From: Pocillopora damicornis
Lineage: Eukaryota
Direction of reading: 5' to 3'
NCBI RefSeq assembly: GCF_003704095.1
Contig: NW_020846678.1
Coordinates: 186,158 to 250,000 of the forward strand
DNA: 63,843 nucleotides
The notes beneath the pieces are model-generated. The model saw nothing but the letters and a program-made list of their open reading frames with translations. It searched no databases and was not told the DNA's origin. The position numbers and the translations under genes were made by a program. This document shows positions 1 to 12,800 of the stretch, in pieces (the first letter of the stretch is position 1; each line of letters starts with the position of its first letter).

Positions 1-543
1 AAGCTTTAGACTTTATCACTCGAACAATATTTTGCAGATTCCTAAATCCCGCTACGTAGACTTGTCTCTTTGTGGAGGCTATCTGCATGAGCTGTCCAAT
101 GTTGTAGTTCTTTCCAATTCCAATGGCAAATACTTCTATTCCTGCGCGCTTTAGTGCCAGTGCACTTCCGCGCACGCGGTCATTGGATATTCCGTCAGTC
201 ATCACGATTAAAACTGGCTTGCTGTTTCTGCGCCTGCTATTAAACAGGTTACGCCGGGCAAATGACAAAGCGTAGCCCGTCCTGGTGATGCTTCGGAGGT
301 ATGGAATACGGTCAATAGCTTTCATGAGATATCTTTTGTTGTTGTATGTGTTAAAACCAAACACTTTACGAACCCTTCTTGAATAAACAACAGCTCCAAC
401 GCGAGTGTAACGCCTTGAGATTTTAAATGAAGCCACTAATCTCTTGATGAAATTAAGGCAACGTTTGAAGTTCCCTCTGCCCGAGGCTTCGATGCTTCCG
501 GAGGCGTCGATGACGAAACCTAAATCAATCTTGGCTACGCAAA
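1..543 (-). CDS. Exon V13: vWA domain, MIDAS intact (truncated by window edge)
   Basis: After the AG acceptor at 544-545 it reads CVAKIDLGFVIDASGSIE...GRGNF...RVGAVVYS...VMTDGISND...IEVFAIGIG. Confidence 0.88.
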
Positions 544-776
544 CTAAAGAGAAAAAAATGAATAAAGGGGGTTAGTTTCTAAAGCCACTGTAGTGGTGCG
601 TCGGTGGGAGAGTATAACAGGGTAATTTAGTATTATCAACTCAGTTGATAATGTAAATTGGCCATCGTGAAGTGTGGAAAGGCTGACGTTTCGAGCGTTA
701 GCCCTTCGTCCATCGTTCTGACGGTGGCCAATTTACACTATCAACTCAGTTGCTAACACTGAATTACCCTGTTATA

Positions 777-807
<31 letters not shown>

Positions 808-3800
808 AAGAAACTCACCCCCTTCATAAAGAGAGAAAAAACTGACTAAGAACCTGCAAGAATAAATCACGACTATTAAGAACGCATAAAACGCACTACA
901 CCTACGCAAGGTTGGTTATCAAAATGATAATAATCATAAATAATAATGATCGTTGAAATCTTAAGTTTTCGGATCCCTTATAAGGTAACACAATCGTCCT
1001 TAGAACACTTATCGGATACGAACTTTTTTTTTGAGTTGAAGACTTTAAGAGCTCGTTGTGTTTGAAAGTAGAGTACGTCAAAATGTCGAAATATTTATCA
1101 ATTTCGAAGAAGAAATTCTTTCTCATGGATACGATGGGTGAGACCTTGCTCAAACCAGCTCTTGCGAGGAAAGCAGTTAAGCATTGTAAGAAAACACGTG
1201 ATAAATACCTGGTCCAGCTGGACGAATGACCGGTGGAACGATGATAGGACCTGAAACGATAGCAATAAGATAAAAAAGTAAAGGTTTGTAAAAAGCCATC
1301 GATCCATATTAATTCCAGTGCACTCAGTGAATTCTACTAGAGCATTTAGTTCGTTTTACTTTGAATGTTGCGCTAAAGATCTACAGAAAGGGAAATGTTG
1401 GATCACTCTAAACAGCTCCGTGACCAGATCCATACATGGCAGTCACGAAATACATTTTCTCTATCGCGAACAAATAACTGCAACGACGTTAATCTTCCAA
1501 TTTATACATCAATCACTGCAATTTACCTCGAGTGAAGCATCTCTTTTTCCGACGTAAAATTTGTGATGCTGATAAGGGCTGATCATACACCTGCATGCAG
1601 GAAATACGACCGAAGAGGTAACGCCTATCACCAGCGCGAGCTCCCATCCGTACAGGATAGTTCGTGGCCAGTCTTATCTTTCCAATGCGCCTACTTGCAG
1701 TAAACCGCCTGTTCACAAATAGCTTAGCAACGCCAGTTGTGCCATCGTAAGTTGCACCAACAAACTGCCATCGACGATTTAGGACTCTGGTTGTAACCGC
1801 CGCTGTAAATCGCCTTCCTTTACGACGCGTAAACCGTACAAACAGCGTCGTCGGTGAAACCATCCAAAAGTGCACGCCCCAGCCGTTCGGCATGTAGTTG
1901 AATATTGGTCCTGCACGTCCTTCGTGGTAAATCCATGCCAGTAAAGTAATGGACCGCTTAGTGTCGAGTTTACCGCGGTTAGGGAACTCGATGAAGCTGT
2001 TTTGGTGTCCGAGGAATCGCGTCGCTGTGTTGGGTCTTCCGTCCGGGCCTGTTATGTACCTGACGCTTCGAACGCTTCCCGCGGGATTACGATACAAACT
2101 GAGGTCACGACCGCGCGTACGCAAACTGAGTGGGTACACAGCCTGAGCTCTCGGGTTGATAACTGAAAACGTAAACCAAAAGGGTAACAGGTGCCTCTTT
2201 CAGAAATCCTGATTTATGGAAAAATGCTTAAAATTGCTTAACGCACTAGATCGGTACAGAAAACAGCCAGTGTATTTCTGCATTTACGATGATAACAAAG
2301 TTTAAACTTAAATATATTTACAAAACCAAAGTAAACTACTGGAGAGTTAGCAACACCAATTTTTTTTTGTCGTATCATAATGTTTATTTGTAATATGTGA
2401 ATTCGTTAAGATGGAAACCATCGCTCATCGATCTTAAGTTGCTTTCGCTTAGGAGAATGTTATTATTTTTTTTACAAGGCTGCTGTGATTCTTTTCATTT
2501 AATATGAAGCTCATATGGAGCGCTTTCGTTGTGATTCCACCCGGTTAAATGAAGTGCCATTTTCCTCTGTAATATCTTTTAGTCTAAAGTGTTTAAGGGC
2601 AGAAAGACTAATGACAACATTTACTTCTGATATTCCCCACTTTTTATTTTTATCCTTGTTTTCCTTACCTGGACGAACTGGGGGCTTACGAGGACGTGTA
2701 GGGCGAACCGGTGTTGGTCGTGCGGGAAGTGGATGCACTCCTAAAATGCAATATACAAAATAGTTTGGTCACAAAAAAGGTCATTTTTAATTGACTGTCG
2801 GAAGTTATCCAGGGTTGTATTGGTTTTACTTCACCCTGCTATGTGATTAGTTTCGAGATAACGCATCACCTCCTCAGCCAGTGAGATTCAAACTAAAAGC
2901 AGCTGCGACAGAGGCCCTAAAGGTTGAGGTTGTTTTCGCAAACATACTTTCAGATCTCATTGACAGTAACCTTTTTTTTTTTTGGCGTTTTCAGTTACTG
3001 TGATTCTTGTTTGAACAATGAGTGGCAAAAGGATTTGGCAAGTCTCTAATTAGAAGGTGGTCGACAACCCTCCATTGAATATATAAAACAGAAATGGGAT
3101 AAGTTACTCGAAAGTTCCCCTCTCCCTCTCTGACAATGTTGTATTAAATTAGCTCTATGAGCGAGGCCCATCAATTTCCCTCCGAAAGCTCCCCGTGACG
3201 TGAAAATATCAANNNNNNNNNNNNNNNNNNNNNNNNNNNNNNNNNNNNNNNNNNNNNNNNNNNNNNNNNNNNNNNNNNNNNNNNNNNNNNNNNNNNNNNN
3301 NNNNNNNNNNNNNNNNNNNNNNNNNNNNNNNNNNNNNNNNNNNNNNNNNNNNNNNNNNNNNNNNNNNNNNAAACAACAGACAGTTACAAAGTGTCGCTTA
3401 CCTTTAAAGCATTTTGTCTTTCGCTTGATGATCTGCCACCTGGACAGAACCCGTCCATAAACTTGCATACAGGAGATTCTCCCACGGAAGTATCTGCTTC
3501 TTGCAGCTCCCATGATTGCAGGAATGTTAGTACCAAGACGAACTCTTCTGAGCCGCGTGCGAGAAACGAGTCTTCCATTCACATAAATCCTTGTTTCACC
3601 CGTTTTCTGTTCATAAGAGGCGGCTACAAAGTGCCATCTTCGGTATCGCAATACTCCGCGCGCCCTCAGTGGGCGAATTCGGCTGTTCCGTGATCCACGC
3701 GGGAAAATTCGTATAAACAAACTACGCGCTCTACCGACAGAGAAATCGACGCCGTATTTGAAGATCGGTCCAGGGCCCTCGGGGTAAAGCCAAGCAAGTA

Positions 3801-6800
3801 ACGTTATTGCCTTTTGTGCGTCTAAACGACCGCGATTTGGGAATCGGATCAAGCTGTTTCTCCGACCGTAAAACTGGTATGATGTACCGGGTTTTCCATC
3901 AGGTCCGACCGCAGGCCTCACAAAGCCAAGAATGCCAGGTGGGTTTCCGAAGAGACCAACGTCTTTTCCTTTGATTCGGTACTGAAGAGGATAAATTGCT
4001 AAAGCACGCGCAGGTCCTAAGGAACATGTAAAAAGACAACGGCTGATTGAAGTCAAATATCAACCCATCCCTACGTAGTAATATGCTAGATTCACTGACT
4101 TAGATTTTTAAAAACAGTGGTGATTCATTTTAAGAATTATTGAGCCTCAAACCTAATTCTATAAAGGAATGTGTGCCTGATTATCTTAATGCAAATCTGG
4201 CAAGGAACCGCAAACAAAAATGCTGCCAGTGAACGTATCACGTTTTCAGTTTTTTAAAATCTTGTAGAACAGACTCTCATAAATTGTGGTATGCTATTAC
4301 GCTTCTGGCACTGTGATGATCTATTTTAGATGATAATCGATTCAATTATTTGTTTATTCAATTATAACCTATCAATCAATTTAAAATTGACGGTAGCAAA
4401 ATAGGTGAGGTATCGCACAGCAGCAGGATGCACTGAAAACATAAGTTCATGAAAAAATTGTGACTTGTAAAACAGAGTCTTTGGAGACAAGCTATAGAGA
4501 CACTTACCGGGCTTCGGAGGTCGACGAGTTGGTGGACGTGTTGGAGGCCTGGGTATAACTGGTTTGACAGGTGTCACGAATTTATCTAAAGTTAATGTAA
4601 ACACGTTTTAAGCCGAACAAAGTTTAAGTTATATTTATATATTATCTAGACTCAAACAAGTCGCAATCTGTTATCCTTCATAGTTTGACAATTTTTTTTT
4701 CGAGGAACGGAATCGCATATCAAAACGACAAAATAAAATAGACGCCAGGAACAGATACCAAGATCGACAGAAGTAGACGGAAAAAGATGCATCCTAGCTC
4801 TACAAAATTAAACGCTACAACGCAGAACAGAATTCTTCATCACCGAAACTAAGGTGAAATAATAATAAGCCGTTGTTGGACTGATTGAAACCAACGAAAA
4901 AATGGGACGAGGAAGGTAAAAAATTAGGAAAAACTGCAAGGAGCTACCAACCTGACTTGCAGACCTTCTTTTTCATGAGTGTAACCAAGGACTCAATATT
5001 CCTATACGCTGCTGTATAGACATGTCGACGATCAGTAGCAATGTACTGCAGCTCCCTAAAGTTGTAACGCCTTCCTATGCCCATAGCAAATACTTCTACT
5101 CTTGACCTTTGAATCAAAGCTGTTGCACCCCGGATATCATCTCTGGACGGGCCAGTGCTCGTCAAAACCAGGACCTTTCTCCTTGAGGTCCGGCTTATGA
5201 TGTTCCTGTATGAGTACTGCAAGGCAGCCCCTGTATAACGAGCTCCGCATACACGTTTCATGTTTTTGATGACTCTGATGACGTAGGACTTTTTGGCGCT
5301 GAAATTGATTAAGAGTTTGGGAAACTTCGCGTACGTAATCAAGCTGATTCGTACTCGTTTAGCGGAGATACGCAGCTCGCTAATCAAACGAATCAGGAAG
5401 GTCTTCAGACGGAGGAAGTTAGCTTTGGTAAAGCGGTCGTTTTCCGTACAAGCGTCTATAACAAAGGTGAGGTCGATCTTGGGTTTACAAACTGAGAAAA
5501 AAGGGGAATAAAAAACACACATTATTACAAGAAATATTTTAAATTAGCTTTGAGCAATATACTATAGAATTATAACAATCGACTGAAAAAACTCTCCTCT
5601 TGACTCTGATGATGACGGACGATTAAACTACACGATCAATTGTAAATTATGATAACAGAGTTTCTTTAGTCCAATGGTTCACTTCTGTACACTTTGGTGT
5701 TAATTCTTCGATTTTATTAGTGAAACGGGCTATTTTACCAGATGTGTAAGATAAGAGCTAAACATTATTTATATCACGAAGGGGATTCTAGCAAGACGGT
5801 ATAAAAGAGTACCATCAGTGGCTGTCAAAAAGCAAGAATATATTAATTGTCTGACCTTTTCCGGATGGTCCTGGCGGTCCACCTGTGGGAGAAAAATAAA
5901 CATGATTTGGGAATCATGCAAGTTTTTCTATAATGATTTTATAACATTGAAAGGTATGGAATAAATTTGAGGTACACTTTTAACACGCATGGGAAAAAAC
6001 TTTGGGAAAGACTGCAACACAGACAGATAGATAGCCAGAGAAATTGAAAAACAACCAGATGGACAGATAGATAGAATGACCGACGGACGGACGGTACGGT
6101 CAGATGGAATGGTATATGGATTTGTTTACCTACGCCACATGAGGAGCTCTTAGAAGCTCGCTAACTAGCGAGTTTGCATCAAGATCATATTATCTTTTGG
6201 GAAGAAAGGGGTAAAATGTTTAAACAACCGTGCTGATTTGTCACTCTAGTTAGCATCTTTGGTTTAATTGTTTAATTTGGGACATTGTAAATAAATAAAG
6301 GTATAGAATAACTCAATGAAACGTGAATCGTCAAAGATCCCAGCTACTGGAATGAGTACCAGAGGACTACTTAAAAAAAGCCACCAAAAGAGTTGAACGC
6401 TGGACTATCTAGAAAAAATCTAACTGAGAAAGAGAATAGACGTTTAAAAATTTAGAACTCCAAATATCAACCTCAGCCATTCATTCGCGATGGCTTCAGC
6501 AAAGGCAAACATTAAACTCAGCCCACCAGACAGACAGACACACAAACAACCCGACAAAAAGGCCGACAAAGGCAGACAGTAAGGCAGATAAAGGCAGACA
6601 TACGGACTGAAAAAATAGATGCATAAACAATAGACTGACAAATGGAGAGACACACGGACAACTAGACAGTAAATACAAACACGGACAGACATAACGACAC
6701 ACACTGACAAGTAGGTGCACAAACAATAGCAGAAGGATACACACAGAGACAAAGAAACAAATTAAACAAACCAACAATTAAGCAACTTACGTCTAAAGCA

Positions 6801-9800
6801 GCGCTTCTTCCTGCGTGCAATCTGATTGGGGTTCAATGCCACATCAAAAACCATTACACAAGATATGCGCCCGCGGAAATACCGCCCATCTCCTATCCTG
6901 GCACCCATCCTCACAGGATAATTTGTCGCTAGACGAATTCGGCCCAATCTCCTTTGCGCTATTACTTTACTGTCTAAATACAACTTTGCATAGCCCGTAT
7001 AGTGGTCGTATGTGGCAGCAATGTACTGCCATGTGCGAGGTTTAATACGAGGACTAGCAAGAGCAGTCGTGGATTTTCTTCCTTGTCGACGCGTATAACG
7101 TACAAAAAGCGTTCGCGGTGACACCATCCACAAATGCACTCCCCAGCCGTTTGGCATGTAGTTGAAGATCGGGCCCGCACGTCCCTCGTGGTAGATCCAT
7201 GCGATGATTGTGCTTGATCGTCTCGTGTCCAATTTCCCTCTGTTTGGGAACTGTATGTAGCTGTCCCGGCGTCCAAAAAACTGGTATGAACCTCCAGGTA
7301 ATTTGTCAGGGCCTGGTGCTGATTGTACGTAGCCAAGCTTTCCTGGTGGGTTGCCGAAGACACTGATGTCACGACCTCTGGTACGCGAGGTTAGAGGGTA
7401 GAATGCTGAGGCTTTAAATGGTCCTTGAAGAAAGAAAAATGAGAACAAAACATTTATAACGCTCAGGTTCAATAAGTATCAGACTGAACAAAGTAACGAC
7501 TTCTTACAAGACGCGCAAAAGCAAAGCGACATTTACTCCGCACTTTTGGATGTTATTGTATCCTAGGCGACTCTTTGGAAGACGCAAATTCTAAAAGAAG
7601 AGTAAAAGGTTCGCTCCTCTGAACATTCTCAGGCCTTTTTCAATTGTTTGAAGATTGATTAGAGATTCGATAATCTAGTATTATCAACTGAGTTGATAAC
7701 GTAAATTGGCCACCATAAATAGTTTCGCAGCTGACATTTCGAGCGTTAGCCCCTCGTCAGAGCAATTGGAGGAATTGTGGGTTGTGTGTGTGTTTATATG
7801 CAAAAAATGGAGCTACGCTATTGGTAGGAATACAGTGACGAGAAAAAAAGAATAAACTAGTTAATTAATACGGGCTCGTTGATACCGTGGGGATTAAGAG
7901 TACCGATTTGAAAGATAAATTTTTGTTCTAGAGTTTTGCGGCATTCAAGGTTCGTGTCGGCTTCCTAGTCATGGACATGTCACTGTGTTTTGAACGATGA
8001 TTATGTTATATTGTATACATGTAACCCTTACCTTTAGGTTTTGTTGGTGTTGGTGTTGGTGTTGATATTGGATGTGTCGGCGTTGGTGGCTTGGGTTTGG
8101 TTATGGGAACTTGGAAAAGACATACACAAATGAGACTAGTTAACTAAATAATCAACTCTTAGGCAAAAGAGATATAGCGAAGACAAGTAAGCAGAGGAAA
8201 GCACAGGAAAACACCAGAGTTCAGATATGTTTTGTTTCCACGTTACTCTGCAGGCACATTGATCCTAAGACCACATTTTAGGAGTGTTATTACAGTCAAA
8301 TTGTGCTAAGATGTCTGAATTGATCCGTTTGTAATTGAAATGAGGTGCATTGCCCAGTGTGCTAATCTCTATTGGGAAATTTTCTTACGACCCCTTCAGA
8401 AATTTATACTTGTCTTCGAGTGCGAACATTAAGTCTAGGGAGACGAAAGACACCAAATTTTAGAAAATGGATGGGATATCGTACCCTGAAAAACATTGGT
8501 TTATAGTGCTCATATTTAGCATATACAACACATGCGATAAGAAAGGTTAAGGCAACTGACTTTTACAAATAAAGATTAATTACTTTTAGGATCACTTACA
8601 GGGCCTGAAGCAGGTTTTACTAGCCGCTAAAATTTGTTTCCGGTTCAGCGCGCGACTATAGATCTGCACGCAGAAGATTCTTCCCTTAAAGTAGCGTTTG
8701 TCGCCATGTCGTGCTCCAAGCCTGATTGGATAGTTTGTTGCCAATCGGAATCGTCCGATACTCTTAACAACAAGTAACCTGGAATTAACCCAGAGTTTAG
8801 CAACTCCAGTCTTGAAGTCGTATGTAGCACCAACGTAATTCCATGCCCTGTAACGTATTTTTCTGCTGGTGACGACTACCGCCTTAGTAAATACGCCATC
8901 TCTGCGGACGAACCGCGCAAAAAGCGTGCGTGGTCCAATCATCCACAGGTGCACGCCCCATCCGGGACCTGCCCTGTAGTTGACTATGGGACCTTTTAGA
9001 CCTTCGTGGTAAATCCACGTCAAAATGGAGATCGACGCCACCGTGTCGAGTTTTCCATTGTTATTTGGGATTTCAATGTAACTGTTACGGTTGCCAAGGA
9101 ATTCAGTAGCTCCGTCTTTCCTTCCGTCTGGGCCCGGGGCAATTCTTACGCCAACGCGTCTTCCAGTGGGGCATTTACGTGGGCTGATGTCACGAGCGCC
9201 ATTGATTCTATCCAGTGGATAAACAGCCACCAATAGAGGAAGTTCTATAGAAAAAAATGAAAAGATGCCAATGTTACTTCTACGGGAAGAAATTTACAAA
9301 TTTGGCCCAAAACTCTTAAAGAAATAATTCCCGCAGAAGATATTGCTTCTTATTTTTAACCGGAGTGTCTAAACTCCTCATCCAAAAACAAATAATGTTG
9401 ACAGCGAAGAAAATGATCAAAGAGGTTGAAAACAACATGGAGGGGGTTGGGATGGGACAAAACGACCGCATGGTGAAAGTAACGCGTCAGTTATCCCTGT
9501 ATTTTGTTGAGGTGTTAAGTTATTTTACTTCTAATAGCCATAGCTAAACCTTGCGGACAGCCTATGCTACCTTGATTTTATTCCTTGACATTTTTTTTTA
9601 AGACCATTACTTTCTTTAAGAATTTCAGACTTTTAAGAAGTCCTGCTCAGTGATAGGTGCAGTCAAGAAGGAATTGAAATATCTTTCTCTCACCTGGAGG
9701 TGGTCGAGTTGGTGTAGGTCGGGCTAAGATAAGTGAAAAAAAAAAGATAAAAATGTTATTGATGAAAATCAAAAACCAAATTCAAATTCAGTACTTTCAG

Positions 9801-12800
9801 AAATTATTAGCAAGGCAAACCTCTGAAACATTTCTTTTTGATTCTCCTAAGCTGTCTTCCGGTCAGTGCTCGATCGTAAATCTGAAGACAAGCGATCCGC
9901 CCTCGGAAGATCCTTCTGTCCCGGGGCTTCTTCCCTGATATTGCCGGGTAGTTGGTAGCCAACTGAATCTTCCCGATGTTTCTCTGTGATATCGGTATGG
10001 CGTCATTCCATAGAGTGGCCAGACCCGTGACGTAGTCATAAGTTGCAGCTATGTAATTCCAAGTCTTTGGTTTGATTCTCCGGCTTGTGACAACGCTGAT
10101 GGTCTGCAGGGACCTCGGCACGAACTTCACCAGGAGAGTGCGAGGATTTTTCATCCACAGATGCACTCCCCATCCGCGAGGAAAATAGTGGAAGATTGGT
10201 CCGCTACCTTCGGGGTAGACCCACACAACGATGGTAAGGGAGTTCTTTGTATCCAGGCAACCCTTGTTTGGGAACAAGATGTAGCTGTTTGCGATGCCTT
10301 GAAGATAGTACGAACCCAATGGGAGGCCGTCAGGTCCTGGAGCCGGTTTAACGTTCACAAGTCTAGCAGCTCTGTTGCGGTTGATACTTATGTCTCTTCC
10401 TCGAGTGACGCCATTAAGAGGGTATATAACTCTGGCAGCTGCCGATCCAGTTACTGCAATAGAGAAAACGTAGTAAAAACTTCGGATGCCTTTTCTCTTG
10501 TCTTTTTAATCTAACGGTCACTTTCTCAAAAATCACGTCTGTCTACTGTCTTTCATTCAATCAGGGTACTATTGGAGACCGCAAAGCTGGTTCCCGACGG
10601 GCTGAAGAACCCCTTTTCAGAATCTTTTACGCCTTCCTGTCCCTTAATATTTAACTTTTACGCGAAAGCTCAACTCAAAGAATGAGTGGCAGAAATTGTG
10701 TTTGATGAAACTAAACAGTGACGAGGATATGAGAATGAAATTTGGGACGGCAATGATATAAATTCTCAAATTCCATCGCATAGAGTTATGGAATACCTGA
10801 ACAAGCTTTGACTCGCACAGCATTCAGCACCGCTGATAATGTCCTCAACGAAGCTGTAAACACATGGAGTCCATTTGTAGCGATCTGGTATAACTGTGTT
10901 TTGCTTGTCCTTCTACCAATAGCGACAACAAATACTTCAATTCCAATACGTTTTAAAACGCGTCCCGTCCGCTGTACACGGTCTACTGAGCGGGCACTTG
11001 CAAATACCACGAGCACACGCTTCCGTCCACATTGCCTTCTTCTTCTAAACAAGTACCTACGGGTATAGTGGAGAGCTTTTCCTATCCTGAGAGGACCTCT
11101 TTGTGGTCGAATCCTTCTTATGACTGAAAGCATGGAAGACGCCCTAAAGAAGCGGTTAAATCGGAACAAAGGCTTCGGTCTTGACGCGTACGTGACTACA
11201 CCGACGCGGGTTTCTTGGGTTGAAATTCGCAGTGAGTAGAGAAGTCGCGCTATGTTCCGGGTAAGTAGACGGAAAATTCCTCTGCCTGATCGACGCAAGG
11301 AGTAAGAGCTGTCTATCAGGAATCCTAGATCCATGTTTGCTCTGCAAGCTGCAAGAAAGAACATAATTTTAAAAATCATGTGTATATCTGTCATGCTGCG
11401 TGTAGGACAACTTAATTCTTAAAGAAAGCTTATACTATGGCTCTCCCCCTCTCCTTGCTTTGAAACCTTCAATCCACCTTTGTCGTAAACCTTGCTGAGA
11501 ACGTGTCAGATTTCAAAAGAAAAAAGGGAAATCAAAACTGAAGAACTTTTGTTACTAATGAAACTTTCGTTGCCCTACATTTAAAATTTTGAAACTGAGG
11601 GTAATCTTTGTTATGGTTCATAAAATAATTGTGCCTTGCACAAATGGAGATCGTGGCTACTTCTTTGCGGGTGAAGTGGAACAATCAATTCAGCTCCAAC
11701 GCTGAATTACCTAAATAATCATTAAAACTTACCATGACCTAGGTTTAACCTAATACTAAGATAATAAGAATAAGCCATCCTAGTCTACCAGAGATAAGTA
11801 CAACAGTCGCATGATTCAGAAGTAGTGTTATGCAGGGGTTTCAACAAGAAACTACTGAAACCCCTGGGGCAATGGCAAAATGCAAAACTGAATAGGAATA
11901 TTTTCCTAAGATGACCAACTAGAATTGATTAAGGTTTCGAGTACTTACGTCTTGGCGGGCCCGGTTTGGTAGGTGTTGGTGTGGGTGTTGGAGTAGGTGT
12001 GAAAACTTCTGTAAACAGAAGAATACATTTACAATTAATCAAACGTTATGAATATGTTGTAATGCCTACCTACCGATAGTTTATACCTCAAAGCAAGAAA
12101 CTGCTTAACGATCAAATATTCTGTGGACTTCCTTTAAAATCATACGGTACTAAAGCCATACTCAACGTAGCTGGAAGCAAGGTAGAAGTGTCGCCTTTAT
12201 TCAATATCAAATTAGTTTAGTATAAGTATCACTTTTATACAACTCTGAGCTCGTTATCCTTACTTGTCTTCAAACAAAGCCTCTTAGCCAATTGGATCTG
12301 TATTGGTCGCAGTGGTACGTCATAGATCTGCAAACATGTAATTCGTCCACGGAAATACCGCTTATCTCCAATCCGCGCACCCATTCTAGCAGGATAGTTT
12401 GTAGCCAGTCGAATCCTACCGATTCTTTTCCGGGCAACTTCTCTGTAATCGATATATAATCGGGCATATTCCGTACGCTGATTATAAGTAGCAGTGACGA
12501 AATTCCAGGCCTTGGGCTTGATAAGGTTGGTTTGCACGGCAGCTGTAAACTTTCGTGCACGAGTCACGAAACGAACAAGTAACACTCGTCGACGCACCAT
12601 CCACAAGTGGACACCAAACCCATCCGGTTTGTAATTAAAGATCGGTCCTACGGGGCCATCCGGATTTATCCAAGCCAGAATAGAGATTGAATTCCGAGCG
12701 TCTAATCGGCCTTTGTTCGGGAACTCGATGTAACTGTCAGAGCGACCTTTGAACCTAAATGAGCCACCTGGCCTTCCGTCTGGTCCTACGCCAGGGCGCA

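Noticed and set aside
5856-5882. GPPGPSGK micro-exon as collagen
   Set aside because: Only ~3 Gly-X-Y triplets; the other linkers are PT/PK-rich without Gly periodicity
6444-6777. Hydrophobic Cys/Val/Leu ORFs as membrane proteins (also 51203-51394)
   Set aside because: Translations of GACA- and AAT-type microsatellites
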